Assembly: GCA_034780895.1 (NCBI GenBank)
Contig: JAUZTB010000118.1
Coordinates: forward strand, 26,058,753-26,122,752
Reading direction: 5' to 3'
From: Rhynchobatus australiae
Taxonomy: Eukaryota
Length of the DNA stretch: 64,000 bases
The notes below the pieces were generated by a model. That model was not told where the DNA came from and ran no database searches. It saw only the letters and a list, made by a program, of their open reading frames with translations. Made by a program: the position numbers and the translations under genes. Positions 11,806 to 23,789 of this stretch are shown here, piece after piece; position 1 is the first letter of the stretch, and each line of letters starts with the position of its first letter.

Positions 11806-12003
11806 GCCAGTTAGTAGGAGCCGCAAAAGATCAGCGACCAGTTAGTGGAGGGCGGCGAAAAGGCTCAACGGCCAGTTAGTGGGGGGTTGCAAAGGATCAG
11901 CGGCCGGTCAGTGGAGGGGGTTGCAAAGGATCAGCGGCCGGTCAGTGGAGGGGGTTGCAGAGGATCAGCGGTCAGTCAGTGGAGGGGGTTGCAAAGGATC
12001 AGC
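11797..12003 (+). repeat. 34-bp minisatellite, about 6 copies, in the inferred tyrp1 5'UTR
   Basis: Unit GGATCAGCGGCCGGTCAGTGGAGGGGGTTGCAAA. The three 3' copies are near-identical and the 5' copies are more diverged. Confidence 0.92.
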
Positions 12004-12740
12004 CCCGCTCCTCGGGATGGGGAAGGTGGGTGACTGGCTGCTGCTGGCGGGCTTGCTGAGCGCCGTGTGCGCGCAGTTCCCCCGCCAGTGCGTGCGCCCG
12101 GAGGTGCTGCAGAGCGGCGAGTGCTGCCCAGCGCCGAGCGACGCGCCGGGGGACCGCTGCAGCTCCAGCCGGGGCCGGGGGACGTGCGCCGACGTGCGGG
12201 CGGACCCGGCGCCGCACGGCCCTCAGTACCCGCACGACGGCGCCGACGAGCGGGAGCGCTGGCCGCTCCGCTTCTTCAACCGCAGCTGCCGCTGCGCCGC
12301 CAACTTCGGCGGGTCCGACTGCGGCGGCTGCCGCTTCGGCTGGGCCGGCCCCGACTGCCGCCAGCCGCTGCGGCTCGTCCGCCGGGACGTGCTGAGCCTG
12401 AGCCCGGAGGAGAGGGCCCGACTGGTGTCGGCCCTGCATCGGGCCAAGCTCACCCCCCACCCCGAGCTGGTGGTGGCCACCCGCCGCCGGCCCGAGCTGC
12501 TGGGCGCCGACGGCCGCAGCCCGCAGTTCCACAACGTCTCCATCTACAACCTCTTCGTCTGGACCCACTACTACTCGGTGAGCAAGACCTACCTGGGCGC
12601 CGGACGCACCTTCGGCGGCATCGACTTCTCCCACGAGGGGCCCGCCTTCCTCACTTGGCACCGCTACCACCTGCTGCAGCTGGAGCGGGACATGCAGGTA
12701 ACCCTGGCCCCAGCCTCTCCGCCCCTCCCTCCCTTGCAAG
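11820..12740. promoter_or_regulatory. CpG island over tyrp1 5'UTR and first coding exon
   Basis: Dense CpG and very high GC by eye, against AT-rich, CpG-poor flanks. Confidence 0.9.
12017..12697 (+). CDS. tyrp1: TYRP1 coding exon 1: signal peptide, Cys-rich/EGF-like domain, metal site A
   Basis: ATG in strong Kozak context (gggATGG). Translation [19 protein letters not shown]|QFPRQC, 10 Cys, [31 protein letters not shown]. Donor CAG|gtaacc at 12698, phase 0. Confidence 0.97.
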
Positions 12741-13680
12741 CCCATTAACTGCCCCCTTGCAAAATATCTCACCCTGCCACTTACTCTCGCCTACTGTCCT
12801 TTTTGCTCACACCAAGTGACGACTTGTCCTTTTTTCCCCCTCTTTCAGTGTCTTGGTGCTTGTTTGTAAAACTTTCTCGCTCTCTCATGCAAGCTTATTA
12901 ATACCCCTCTGATTCTTTTGCCCGCACCCAGAGACAATTTGTTCTCTTTTTCTCTCTTGCAATCTCTTGTACAAAATCTGTGTCCCTCTAGTTTTCCACT
13001 TTCTCTTTCAAGTCCATTTAAAAGTCCTTTCTTTGCCCACACCAAGAGACAATGTGTTTTAATTTTCCTTCAATGTTTCAATGCGTTTACAAAATCGAAA
13101 ATTCCCACCCTCTTACGGATGCATTAACAGCCCTTATTCTTTTGCCAACACCAAGAGACAATTTGTTCTTTTTATTCCCTTTCGGTATCTAATGCAAAAT
13201 CTGTATTGCTCTCGCCCTGTCACTTTACAGGCCCGTGAATTGTCCTTGTCTCACACCAAGAGACAATTTTGAATTATTGTCTCTTTCGATGTCTTAGTAC
13301 TTGTTTGCTAAACTCTAAAATTTTCTTGTGCTCCATTGCAAGCTCATTGACAGCCCTCTGATTCTTTTGCCTACACCAAGAGACAATTTTTTTCTCCCTT
13401 GCAAAATCTAGCTCTTCCATTTTCTCTCTTGCAAGCCTATTAACTGCTCTTTGTCTCTTAATGTGGGCAAAAGAATCAATTTGTTCTATTTTCTGTCTTT
13501 TAATATCTGATGCACATATGTGTGCCCTTCTTGCTCTGCCATTGTGTCTCTCTCTTACTGGTCCATTAACTGCACTCTGATTCTTTTGTCCATTCCAAGA
13601 GACAATTTGTTCTCTTTTTCTCTTTCAATATCTTGGTTCTTGTTTGACAAATTCTAAAATTGTCCCAGTGCCCATGCTTC
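12730..13680 (+). repeat. degenerate pyrimidine-rich tandem repeat, about 8 units of 95-125 bp
   Basis: Anchor CACCAAGAGACAATTTGTT recurs near 12810, 12925, 13040, 13150, 13254, 13374, 13468 (degenerate) and 13594. TGCAAGCCCATTAAC-like and CTCTGATTCTTTTGCC-like motifs recur between anchors. Confidence 0.85.
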
Positions 13681-14344
13681 TCTTTGTGGTTACATTTATG
13701 TCTTTAAATTTAATGTTATGTTTAACTTGTTGGTCACAGCTAGATTTCTCTTCCCACTGAGGTTTTTTGCTCTTTACTAGGACANNNNNNNNNNNNNNNN
13801 NNNNNNNNNNNNNNNNNNNNNNNNNNNNNNNNNNNNNNNNNNNNNNNNNNNNNNNNNNNNNNNNNNNNNNNNNNNNNNNNNNNNNNNNNNNNNNNNNNNN
13901 NNNNNNNNNNNNNNNNNNNNNNNNNNNNNNNNNNNNNNNNNNNNNNNNNNNNNNNNNNNNNNNNNNNNNNNNNNNNNNNNNNNATATTTAAAGTGGAGGT
14001 TGATAGGTTCTTGATTAGTAAGGGTGTCAAAAGTTATGGGGAGAAGGCAGGAGAATGGGGTTGAGGGGGACAAGTAAATTGGCCATGACTGAATGTCAGA
14101 GCAGACTTGAAGAGCAGAATGGCCTAATTCTCCTATATCTTGTGGTCTAGTGCAGTGTGATAGCGTATGAGGTATAGGAGGGAAACATCTGCTCTAAGAT
14201 GAAATGCTACATTAGAGGCTTCTCAGCAAGATAGAATGTTATAGATTGATGGAAGTCTGTAGTGAAGTTGTCTGAAGCCATGAAAGCAAAAAAAAAGTTA
14301 AGAGTGGGATTGAATCTGTTTGGAGACTGGTACTATGTCACACA

Positions 14345-14605
14345 AGTATATTTATTTTAAACTTTATTAAACTTTATTTATACAGCAGTAATGGGCCCTT
14401 CCAGCCCAACAAGTCTACACTGCCCATTTTAAACCCATGTTAACCTACCTGTACGCCTTTTAGAATATGGAAATAAACCAGAGCACCAGAGGAAACCCAC
14501 ACTGATATGGGGAGAACATACAAACTACAGACAGCAATGGGAATCAAATGCTGATCACTGGCACTATAATAGCATTGTGCAAACCACTACACAACCATGC
14601 CACCC
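14345..14605 (-). mobile_element. V-SINE (second subfamily) in tyrp1 intron 1
   Basis: aaaccagagcaccagaggaaacccac..gggagaacatacaaact V-domain. Similar to 45420-45660. Confidence 0.75.
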
Positions 14606-17350
14606 TTAAAACTGATGAAAGAGTATTTGCTACTTTTAATAAGCTAGATTTAGATGGTGGGAAAATAATTTGTAAATGTACTGGGATGGAATCACAGGGC
14701 TAATCTCTGTGAAGGAAGCAGACATGATTGGTCGTAGTTGAATGCTGTTTAGGTTTCTTCAGTTTGCATACTTGACAATTGGGATGGGTAAAAGGACCAT
14801 AATACTATTTCATCGTTGCTTGCATCATTATTGTGCACAAGCTGAGAAATGGGTGCCTAAGCTTTCAAGAAACTAGTCTTGGGGGTGATTTGGTCAGATT
14901 TTGCATGGCAGCAAAGGGACTCTGCTGTTTGTGTACACTGTTATGTAAAGGTAAATGTGAGATATTAGTAGTGTATGTGTTTCCTCCTGGAATTCTGATA
15001 TTCAGATTGTGAAATGATGCATGAGTTTTAACTGATGGGGAAATCCAAAACAACGTGATTCTCTCATTAAAAAATCTGAAGTAGGCCAATTATGGCAGAC
15101 TTTCAGAAATGATTATTCATGGAGATGGCATTTAATTGTTCCACACTTCCATGCCAAGCAGCAGCTGCAATAATGTAACCTTTTTTACGTTTTGGATATT
15201 TAGAGAAATGGAGTTGAGGTAGATTGGAGTTGAGCTACAATCAACCATGATTGCATTTAAGAGCAGAATAGGTTTGAGGGACTGAGTGGTATATTCCTGT
15301 TCCTACATAGACCCAGGACTTTGGTGTCAGGCAGGGAGAATGAATCTGAAAAACTTCCTGTCACTCTGCCTGAGTGATCAAGACTAATCAAGGAAACTAA
15401 TTTAAAGTTATCTGGCTTGCATGAGAGAATTTTCATCCCAGCTGGACCCAATGCCAACTGTCATTTTGAAGGAATTCATCAGCATTAATAAGTTGGCAAA
15501 TTCCACAGGATCAGTGCCCTTGTTATTTAACTGTTGCAGTCCTGATAACATCCTTGTGAATTGGTAGTCTGCTTCATCTAGAGCTGCTGTACACAATATT
15601 CCAGTTGTGGTCCTGATTCCAATATTCCAGATGGAGTGTTCCTTCCCTTTACTACTTCCCCTCAGGATGTAGAGGCTAGCATTCCAATTAGCCTTTTGTT
15701 CTTGATATCTGGCTATAGATTCCAATTATCTGTGTAATGAACACCTAAATCCTTCTCAACCTCCACAATTTCCAACACTTCCCCACTGTTAAAATGTTTA
15801 CAACTGTTGGATTTGTAACTTCTTGGTCTAACTGGTTAAATTCATGCTTGTAGTGAAATCCATGCTTGATTTGCCTACCTAATCTATCAATGTCGCTGAA
15901 ATTTTCCCCTCATCTGCACTGATGACTCTCTTCCTCTTGTAATAAGCAATCTTGGGTAACACTAAATCAGTAATAAATACTTTGAATATTTGAGATCCAC
16001 ACTGATCACTAACCACCTTGTTTGTGTGCATACCCTTTGGACTAACTCTCATTTCCTAGGAATCTTCATTTGTGGTCTTCACATGCCTGTATTCTCCAGG
16101 TCTTGATATGGAGGCCCTGTCATGCTTGACTTTGTATAGCTGAGTAGCTTCAGGGGAGCCAATAGCACACTGAGCAGCCCCTGACATGTACCCTATTTTC
16201 CACAGCCAACCAAGTTCCTAATCTGGTCAATAACATCCATCCATTCTTTAATTTTGGCAAAAGATCTCTAGTGTTGAATCTTTTTGTTATTTTTCTTTTC
16301 ACTTCTAGGAAATTGTGGCTATAGATCAGTTGAGAAAACTGTATTGTGATATTAGATATCACAGACCCAATCAAATGATACATCACATTGAATATGTTCA
16401 GTCTAGTTTGTGGTGTTGTATTTGGCCCTGCTTTGTTGAGATGTGAATAAGTGTACCAAATGGACAAATGCAAGTTAGAATGCTTGAAATATTCTGGACA
16501 CATCATCAAGATTTGTGTTGTAAGAAAAATTGCTTTATTGTAAATATGCTCATAAATTAATATTGGTAAGCATTTAAAAGTGGAAGATGTTGTGTCTGGT
16601 AAATTTGGTGGCCAATGCAGCTGAATGCAAGAGAATATTAAAGGCTATAATATTTAAGGTTTTGATTTGATTTAGAATCAAGCATGAAGAGATTTGTTGG
16701 TTGAGAAGATTATGGTTTGTATTGCTACAAAGGATATACAATCTAAAAGGGAGTTTGGACCAGCCTCCTCGTAAGGATAATCTAAGGTACAATAGTTGAA
16801 TTCACCTGGGTAAAGTGATTGAAGCACTTTACAGCTCTTACTACTGCAGAGTCAAGATTCGTATGCATAGGAATTGTGTAATGAGTTGAGAGCTGGGGCA
16901 GATCAGCCGTGAGTATATTGAGTGGTGGGGCAGGCTTGAGCACTAAGTGGCCTTCTATAATCCAGAATCTGTGGTAGAAAAGTTCCTGCTTCTTTGTGAT
17001 CAGTATATAACGATTTACTACTGAGTACATGATTTCCATTTGTGACCAAAGGAACAGCTGCAAAAATTAAATAGCTATCACGGAGGATGCAGGATTAGTT
17101 CTGCGATGTGAGTGTGGCTTGGGGGTATAAAATTAGAAGTGGATTAAAAATGTATACTGTTTTGTTTTAACTGCAATAACTGGATAGGAATCTGGTAGAA
17201 GTTGGACTCAATAGAACCAAGAAAATAAGCTTATTGTAAAGCTGGTGCTGTAACAGCTTGCTGGTAATCATCATCTCTAAGTGAATGATGCATTGTCTTT
17301 TCAAGTTTACTTTTCTGATACCTGATTTGCTGGTTTTTTTTCCCTCATAG

Positions 17351-17555
17351 GTGATGTTGGGAGACCCGACCTTTGCTCTTCCATACTGGAATTTTGCTAC
17401 TGGAAGAAACACCTGTGACATCTGCACAGATGACTTAATGGGAGCCAGAAGCAATTTTGACCCTACTGTCATAAGTCCTAACTCTGTCTTTTCCCTGTGG
17501 CGTAATCTGTGTGAAAGTTTGGAAGATTATGATACGCTGGGAACTATTTGCAATG
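17351..17555 (+). CDS. tyrp1: TYRP1 coding exon 2 (human exon 4 equivalent)
   Basis: Acceptor ttttttccctcatag. [31 protein letters not shown]...[10 protein letters not shown]. Donor G|gtaat. 205 nt. Confidence 0.97.
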
Positions 17556-18164
17556 GTAATAACTTTTATAATATAATGAAAGGAAAATGGTATAAAATAA
17601 AACCTGAATATCTGTCTTTTGGATTAGAAAATGGAATGTGTTGCCCCTTAAGGGGAAATTCTGAAATAAATATTGCTAAATCACCTATTGCATTACTTTC
17701 TTTTCCCCAACAGATAAAGGAACTCTGTGGGTTTTTAGATACTGGAGGACCATTTTGAAAGTCTTATAATTACAATCCTCAAATTGTAAGCCAGAGCCTT
17801 GGTTTTTGAAGGTTTGAATTTTTCATTGCAATATGAGTGATCTTTAAACCACTAGAAAAGGAGTATGTTAACATCTTAACTGCTTGAAACCTAATCCCAA
17901 CCGGCCTTGAACTCTGATTCATCTATGGTAGAGATGGGTGAATGATCTGCTTTAGAGAAGCTATTCTCTATTAAATGTTTGTGGCTGGATGCCAGTTTTT
18001 CATTCAACAGTTATGTTCACCATACTTTTGGCTGAACCAGTGTGGCACAACCAGATGTTTAACTATACATCACAACTGAGGCATGTTAATGAACAGTAAG
18101 TGATATGCAATTACTAACATTACAATAAATAACTTATTTAGTTATTGACTTATAAAAGCAATTG

Positions 18165-19960
18165 GAATTTCAGTGGCTGGAAATCTGAAATAAAAGAAAC
18201 AGGAAAATGCTCAACAATTCAGACAGCATCTGTAGAAAGAGTTGATGCTTCAAGATGAAGACCCTTGGACCTGGTTTTAAGTTGCATAGAAGGTAGGGTA
18301 GGGATGGATAGGACAAAGTTAAAATCCCTGATGGGTGAGACTAAGCTTGCAATGGGGATTAGTTGCAGAGGCCATCTGCTTGATGAATTAATGGGAGTGG
18401 AAACAAAAGCTATTTAAAATGGGGGCAGTCAGAGACTGAGAACAAACCAAGGAATGCAGAAGTTGTGAAATGTTGAGCTGTGCCAATGGAGAGGGGAAAA
18501 AAAAAACCGAGGCAGTAAGAAAAATAGATTATTTTTGGAAGAAATAATCAATTCTGGAATGGACAGTGCATGTTACCTGAAACTGCATAATTCAATATTG
18601 AGCTTAGAAGGCTTCATCACCCTGAACAAAAGATGAGCCTTAAGCATGTGTTTCATTTCATTATAGCTATGAGGGAGACCACAGATCTTTAGGTTGAGTA
18701 CTGAATGCAGCACACTTATTTGGAAGAAGTGTAAGTATACCATTCTTTATCTGGAAGGACTGGGTCTCTGATTGGTGGAAAGAGGATTGCATCTTCTGTG
18801 GTCACATAGAAAAGTGCCTTAAGAAGGGGAATGATTAGTGGGGATAAAAGAGCAGACCAGGGAATATTGAAGGGAAGGATCCCTTTTGAATGTCAAAAAG
18901 GGAGGGAAAACGTGTCTGATGGAATCTTGCTGAAGCTGGTGGAAATCACAAAGCATAACCCATTGAATGCAGAAGATGGAAGATGAGGTCAAGGGAACTA
19001 TTTCTTTGGTCTTCCAAGAGGATGAGACCATAAATGGAGGAAATGGGTGAGATTTTAAGGGTTCTGTCAAATATGGGAGAGAGAAGCCATAGTTTATGAA
19101 GAATTGGAGCAACTTAATATTCAGGGAAGAAACAGAAGGCCTCAGACCATCTTGGTGTGGGATGGAGGTACAGGAGAATTCTCCCTCCAAAAGAGTGAAT
19201 TGGCACTGGGGAATTGGGGATTGTCAGAATGGTAGAGGGCTACAGATTTCCCACAAATGTAGGAAGGGACAGCACCAGGAGAAAGGATGGAATCTAGGTA
19301 GAAAAATGTTTCGTTCTGCTCATGCATCTTGGGCTGGAGATCAAAGTAGGTTTTGTGGGACTTGAAGACTCCAAAGCTGAAAGCTGTGGGGGGAAGATTT
19401 CCTGAGGACCTTAGATCTATCATGGTCTAGGAGAGAATGGCCTGATGTTTGGTGTAAGTCATTGTTCAGAAGGAGGTATGTGGATGTATCTACTTGGCCT
19501 CTGGGCGTGACATCAGTTCACTTGAGCACAATAGCACCATCCTTGATATTTATGCTGGTCCTTGTATGGAATGCTGCAAGTTCAGAAGGGGGTAGGTTTG
19601 ACTGGGTAAGGAGTGAAATAATCAAGATGGTCAATGTTATACCAGAATTTATTAATGAATGGATCTGGAGAGGTTGAGAGGCCTTTGGGAAGAATCCAAG
19701 TGGATCGAGAATTCTGGAAATAGGATCCACCCACTTCCATGTCCTTCCCTGCTGAATTAGTGATGGAGGTTGATGGGGGGGGAGCTGCAAAGAATGTCAG
19801 TGGTGTGCATTAACATGCAAGATCTCGGGCAATGCAGAAAATGTGCACATTTTGCAAGCATGAGCCTCTTTGAATAGTGAATGTCATATCTGATGACATT
19901 GAATCCACTGTAGGAGTTGAGTACTTGCTGAATGCTGGTTCTCGCAGCTTTTATGCCACC
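18165..19960 (-). mobile_element. long decayed Penelope-like element in tyrp1 intron 2
   Basis: Terminal-repeat motif gctggaaatctgaaataaaag..cagcatctgtagaaagag, a purine-rich linker, the GIY-YIG end gttacctgaaactgcataattcaatattgag, and reverse-strand remnants such as CDFHQLQQD..HVFPP..FKRDPSL. Confidence 0.6.
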
Positions 19961-21590
19961 TGCTTANNNNNNNNNNNNNNNNNNNNNNNNNNNNNNNNNN
20001 NTCTGCCACACTTTTTGCCACTGAGTCAGTGCAAGGACACAAGGTGCAGTGTTTTCAATTTGGGAGTTACTTTTATATGCAGCTTAGCACTCTTTATGTA
20101 GCCAACTTAATGATAACAGGTTGGGACAATATCTTCAGAATTAAATTTAAAAACAAGAGGCTGAAAGGTAGACCAGATAGAGCCTCCAAAATTTGATGGT
20201 CCTGATCCTCTCTCAAATCCCATAAGTAGTTTCTTTTCATAAAAGGATGAGTGGTATTTTTGGTAATGAATGTCTGTCCAAAGGGGCCAGGAATTTCAGA
20301 CCAAAGTTTTGCTGTTTGGTCATGCCTGACTAAAGAGCACTGGATTCTCAAACTAAAAAGTGTTAATGACATAATGGGCTACATATATCTGGATGATATC
20401 CTAGAATGCAAGTTTACTATCAATTTAAAAAGTACTTGCATTGGATGCAAACAAGTAGAAACGGTAGGTATCTTCATCCAGCCACTTGATGGTGTAAAAT
20501 TGGGAAGTGAACAGACATCTTGCCCACATGCTGGAATTTATCATCGCATAAACAACAGAGCCAAATCTTCACCACCTCTCCCATAACAATTCCTGCAGTA
20601 CCATCCACACCCAGGAATTTTGCACTCTTTGGCCCAGAAAGTTCAGATGTATAGCATATTTTATCAGAGTTATGTGTACTTCCTCTTATCCTTGTCCTGA
20701 ATGGGATATCCCTTATTTTGAGACACTAACCCCATGGCTCAAGGCACTGCCGAAAGAGGAAAAAGCTCTGCTTCTACCCTATCAAGCCCTTAAACATTGT
20801 AATATCCATAACTTTGTGTACCTTTTGGTTTTGATGGTATATTCCTAATTGTTTTTCTTTAACTTTTTACCTTTTTATTACATATGCCTGCATTCTCCTG
20901 GTATCTGTCCTTGATGCACGTGCTTGTTAATGCTAGATATCTGTCATTGCTATCATCCTATTTCATTTTGAGCAGCTGTAGGAACTGGTCTTAAGTAAAT
21001 TGGTTCATTGTTTTCCTTGAGGTAGTGGTTATCAATTGCATTGCTTCAAAGATGCTGTGATTTTTTTCAAGAAGTGTATAATATGTAAATTTAACCTCAA
21101 ATGATAATTATAGCACCAAAGTGATATCTTCTAGTCTCAGTTGAGATTCTGGTATCAGTTTCACACTTCATTCACTCTACCAACTGCATTATCAGTGCAA
21201 AGAAAAAGATGCTCATTTTTTTGAGCGTGTGAGTGCACTGAGAAGTAATTAAACAGCATGGATGTATTTCAAAACAATGCTCATGAATAAATAGGTTGTT
21301 CCACAGTTTATATACATAAATGAGATGCATCTGAAATTAATTTGAAACATATTAAAACAAACAATATAACACAATTAACAAAATTCCATTGCACATATTA
21401 AATTCATAATTTTGGTTCCCATCCTGATATTTCATCCATGTTTTTTCAAAATGGATGAGGAAGCAAATTGCTGATGACAAGCTGCTGACCTTGCTCTTTA
21501 TAATCTCACCCTTTGCTTAGTAGAATTGGTACTCCTGCTGCACTGAAATGGGGATCAGTCCTAATGCCTCCATGCTGTTGATTCATCCAG

Positions 21591-21758
21591 GCACTGAAGG
21601 TGGCCCCATTCGACGGAATCCAGGTGGGAATGTTGCCAGACCACTGGTGCAACGTCTACCCAACTCCCAGGATGTAGCACAATGTTTAGACATCTCAACT
21701 TATGACACACCGCCTTTCTACTCCAATTCAACTGATAGTTTCCGAAATACAGTTGAAG
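21591..21758 (+). CDS. tyrp1: TYRP1 coding exon 3 (human exon 5 equivalent)
   Basis: Acceptor attcatccag. (G)[23 protein letters not shown]...[19 protein letters not shown]. Donor AAG|gtaagt. 168 nt. Confidence 0.97.
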
Positions 21759-22229
21759 GTAAGTTTATTGAAGGAAAGTTAGTGATTTGTAAAAGTATCC
21801 CAATAACAAGTAAGGTCCCATTTTAAGTTTTAAAAATGGGCCCATTTTGTACGCATCCTGCTTTGTATCCTGGGCAACTACCCATAGAACTATCACCTGC
21901 AGCAAAAGTGCAGCACAAGGTTTCTGAATTTCTGCATTTGGTGTCACTGCAGACCATGGGTGAGGCTGAAAGTTTGCTTGATTGCATATCCTGGGATGTG
22001 GTCGTGTATGGCTATAGTTAGTTCAGGAATGGTAAGGGGTGGCCATTTAGCAGGAAGGAAAGTGTCAGATGATGCAAGAACAATCAGGCACATGGTGCTG
22101 TCAAACTAGTTTTCGATGAAGATATCCAGATCACTGCTTCATGGGCTTGTGTTTGCATGGATGGCATATCAAAATACAAAATTCAATATACAATGCTACC
22201 AGAAAGATTAGTTCAGCAACAGGAGAGAT

Positions 22230-23760
22230 CTGAATAGAAGAGAGTGCAAGGTGATGGATTTGGAATGAGCAGAATTGGATGGAGTGCGATAAGTAAGTGG
22301 GATGAACTGAAAATATGGATTTCCCTATGGGACCATGCTATTGTGGCAAATTTTAGAGAGGGCTTAAACAGTGGAAGTTTGGGAACTTAATATCCAGGGC
22401 ACGTAGGAAAGAAGAGTGAATACTACCATTTCATACAGTACAGCATGGTAAAGAGACATACCTGAAGGCAGAATCTATTTGATTAAGAATGTGGGATAAT
22501 AGAGCCATATGATCCATGCTGTATATAATTATCTACAAAACTGTGGCAAAGAGATGACCAAATTTGTAAGCAAGTTTCAGACACATGCAAGAATTATGGA
22601 GTTGTAAAAATGGGAACATCCACGATGATGCAGAAGGAGTAAAACAATATTATAAAGGGCAAAGAAAGGGGGGAAATTCTTGAAATGTCTTTTGGAGAAT
22701 TATCTTGATTGCAATGTTTTCAGTGCAATCTGAGACTGCTCAGTCTGGTTCTGGGCATGAACTGGGGCAGTTGGAACCTGTTTAAATAGGGAAGCATCTG
22801 GGGAGATGTCAACTGCGGGTTCAGAGTAGTTGTAGAAAAGACAAGGAAAATACTTATGAAGGTGAAAATACTCAATCCATGGAGATCTAATTTCGGTGAA
22901 TCTTAAAGGGATTTGTTCCAAATACTTCGGAATAGAAATTGGCAATTTAAATAATAAATGTGTAATTGAAGGGCTCCAAAGAAATTTTGGATAGGTAAGG
23001 CACATTCCTAAAGAAGGACTTTCAAAGCTAGTTTCTTGCATGACCAAAGATATAAGGCAAACATTTATTTTCAGTCTCTAAGCGAGAGTATCAGTCACTG
23101 GTTGTACTGAACACTGCACAGTGGGTTCTACTTATTTCAAAGAAACTAAACATGCAGAAAGGAATGCAAACAGCAACTGACACTCTTGCAGTCATTTAAC
23201 ACCAGTGACCAAAGCAGAAAGTTTTCCCTGTATAATGAGGACCTCAGGAGGAGGCCAAGATGGGTCAGCCATTCGTTTTATCTGGCTGAAGATGGTTGCA
23301 AACACTTGTGTTTTGTCTTTTGGCATTCTCAGCTCTTCCATCATTTGATTGTAGATGTGGTTGGAGCCACCTTCTCCCAATAGTCATTTAGTTATTCACC
23401 ACCATTCTTGACTGGAGGTGTGGGACAAAAGGCTTCTGTCTGTTCTATTGGTAGCATCAATGTATAGCAAAAGCAGCATGGAGTAGACAGCATGCAATAA
23501 TATTGGTTGTCGGTTGGGATCTTATTCTTAAATTGACAAAGTTAGTGCAGTTGATGATGTGTACATTAATTTAAATAATTGCCACATAAAACTTGTTAGC
23601 TGAATTAGAATCCCTTCATTTAAAGGGGTAGTGACAACATGGATACAGAATTGGTTGAGGTACAGACAACAGGATATTGTGCTGAATGGTTTCAGATTGG
23701 AGGGAAATATACAACAGTGGCCCCAATGGTTTACATAAGGACCACTGTAATATTGGTTTG
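22230..23760 (+). mobile_element. heavily decayed CR1-like ORF2 remnant
   Basis: KWDELKIWISLWDHAIVA (start of the APE domain) near 22295 and ggatacagaattggttgaggtacagacaacag (WI.NWL..R.QR, RT) near 23640. Confidence 0.5.
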
Positions 23761-23789
23761 TGTTCATGTCCTGAACCTGGGTATACTGG

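Noticed and set aside
11797-12003. 34-bp repeats as a CRISPR array or as an N-terminal coding extension (ORF track start 11879)
   Set aside because: The units are contiguous with no spacers. The ORF track starts at GTG, and the signal peptide begins at the strong-context ATG at 12017.
11999-12819. Long alternative-frame and antisense ORFs (257, 250, 106 aa) over tyrp1 exon 1
   Set aside because: These are expected shadows of very high GC3 sequence with few stop codons and show no recognisable protein features.
12800-13620. CRISPR-like look of the recurring CACCAAGAGACAATTT motif
   Set aside because: The intervening sequences are homologous to each other, the period is about 113 bp, the repeats are degenerate, there are no cas genes, and the context is a vertebrate intron. 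It is a satellite.
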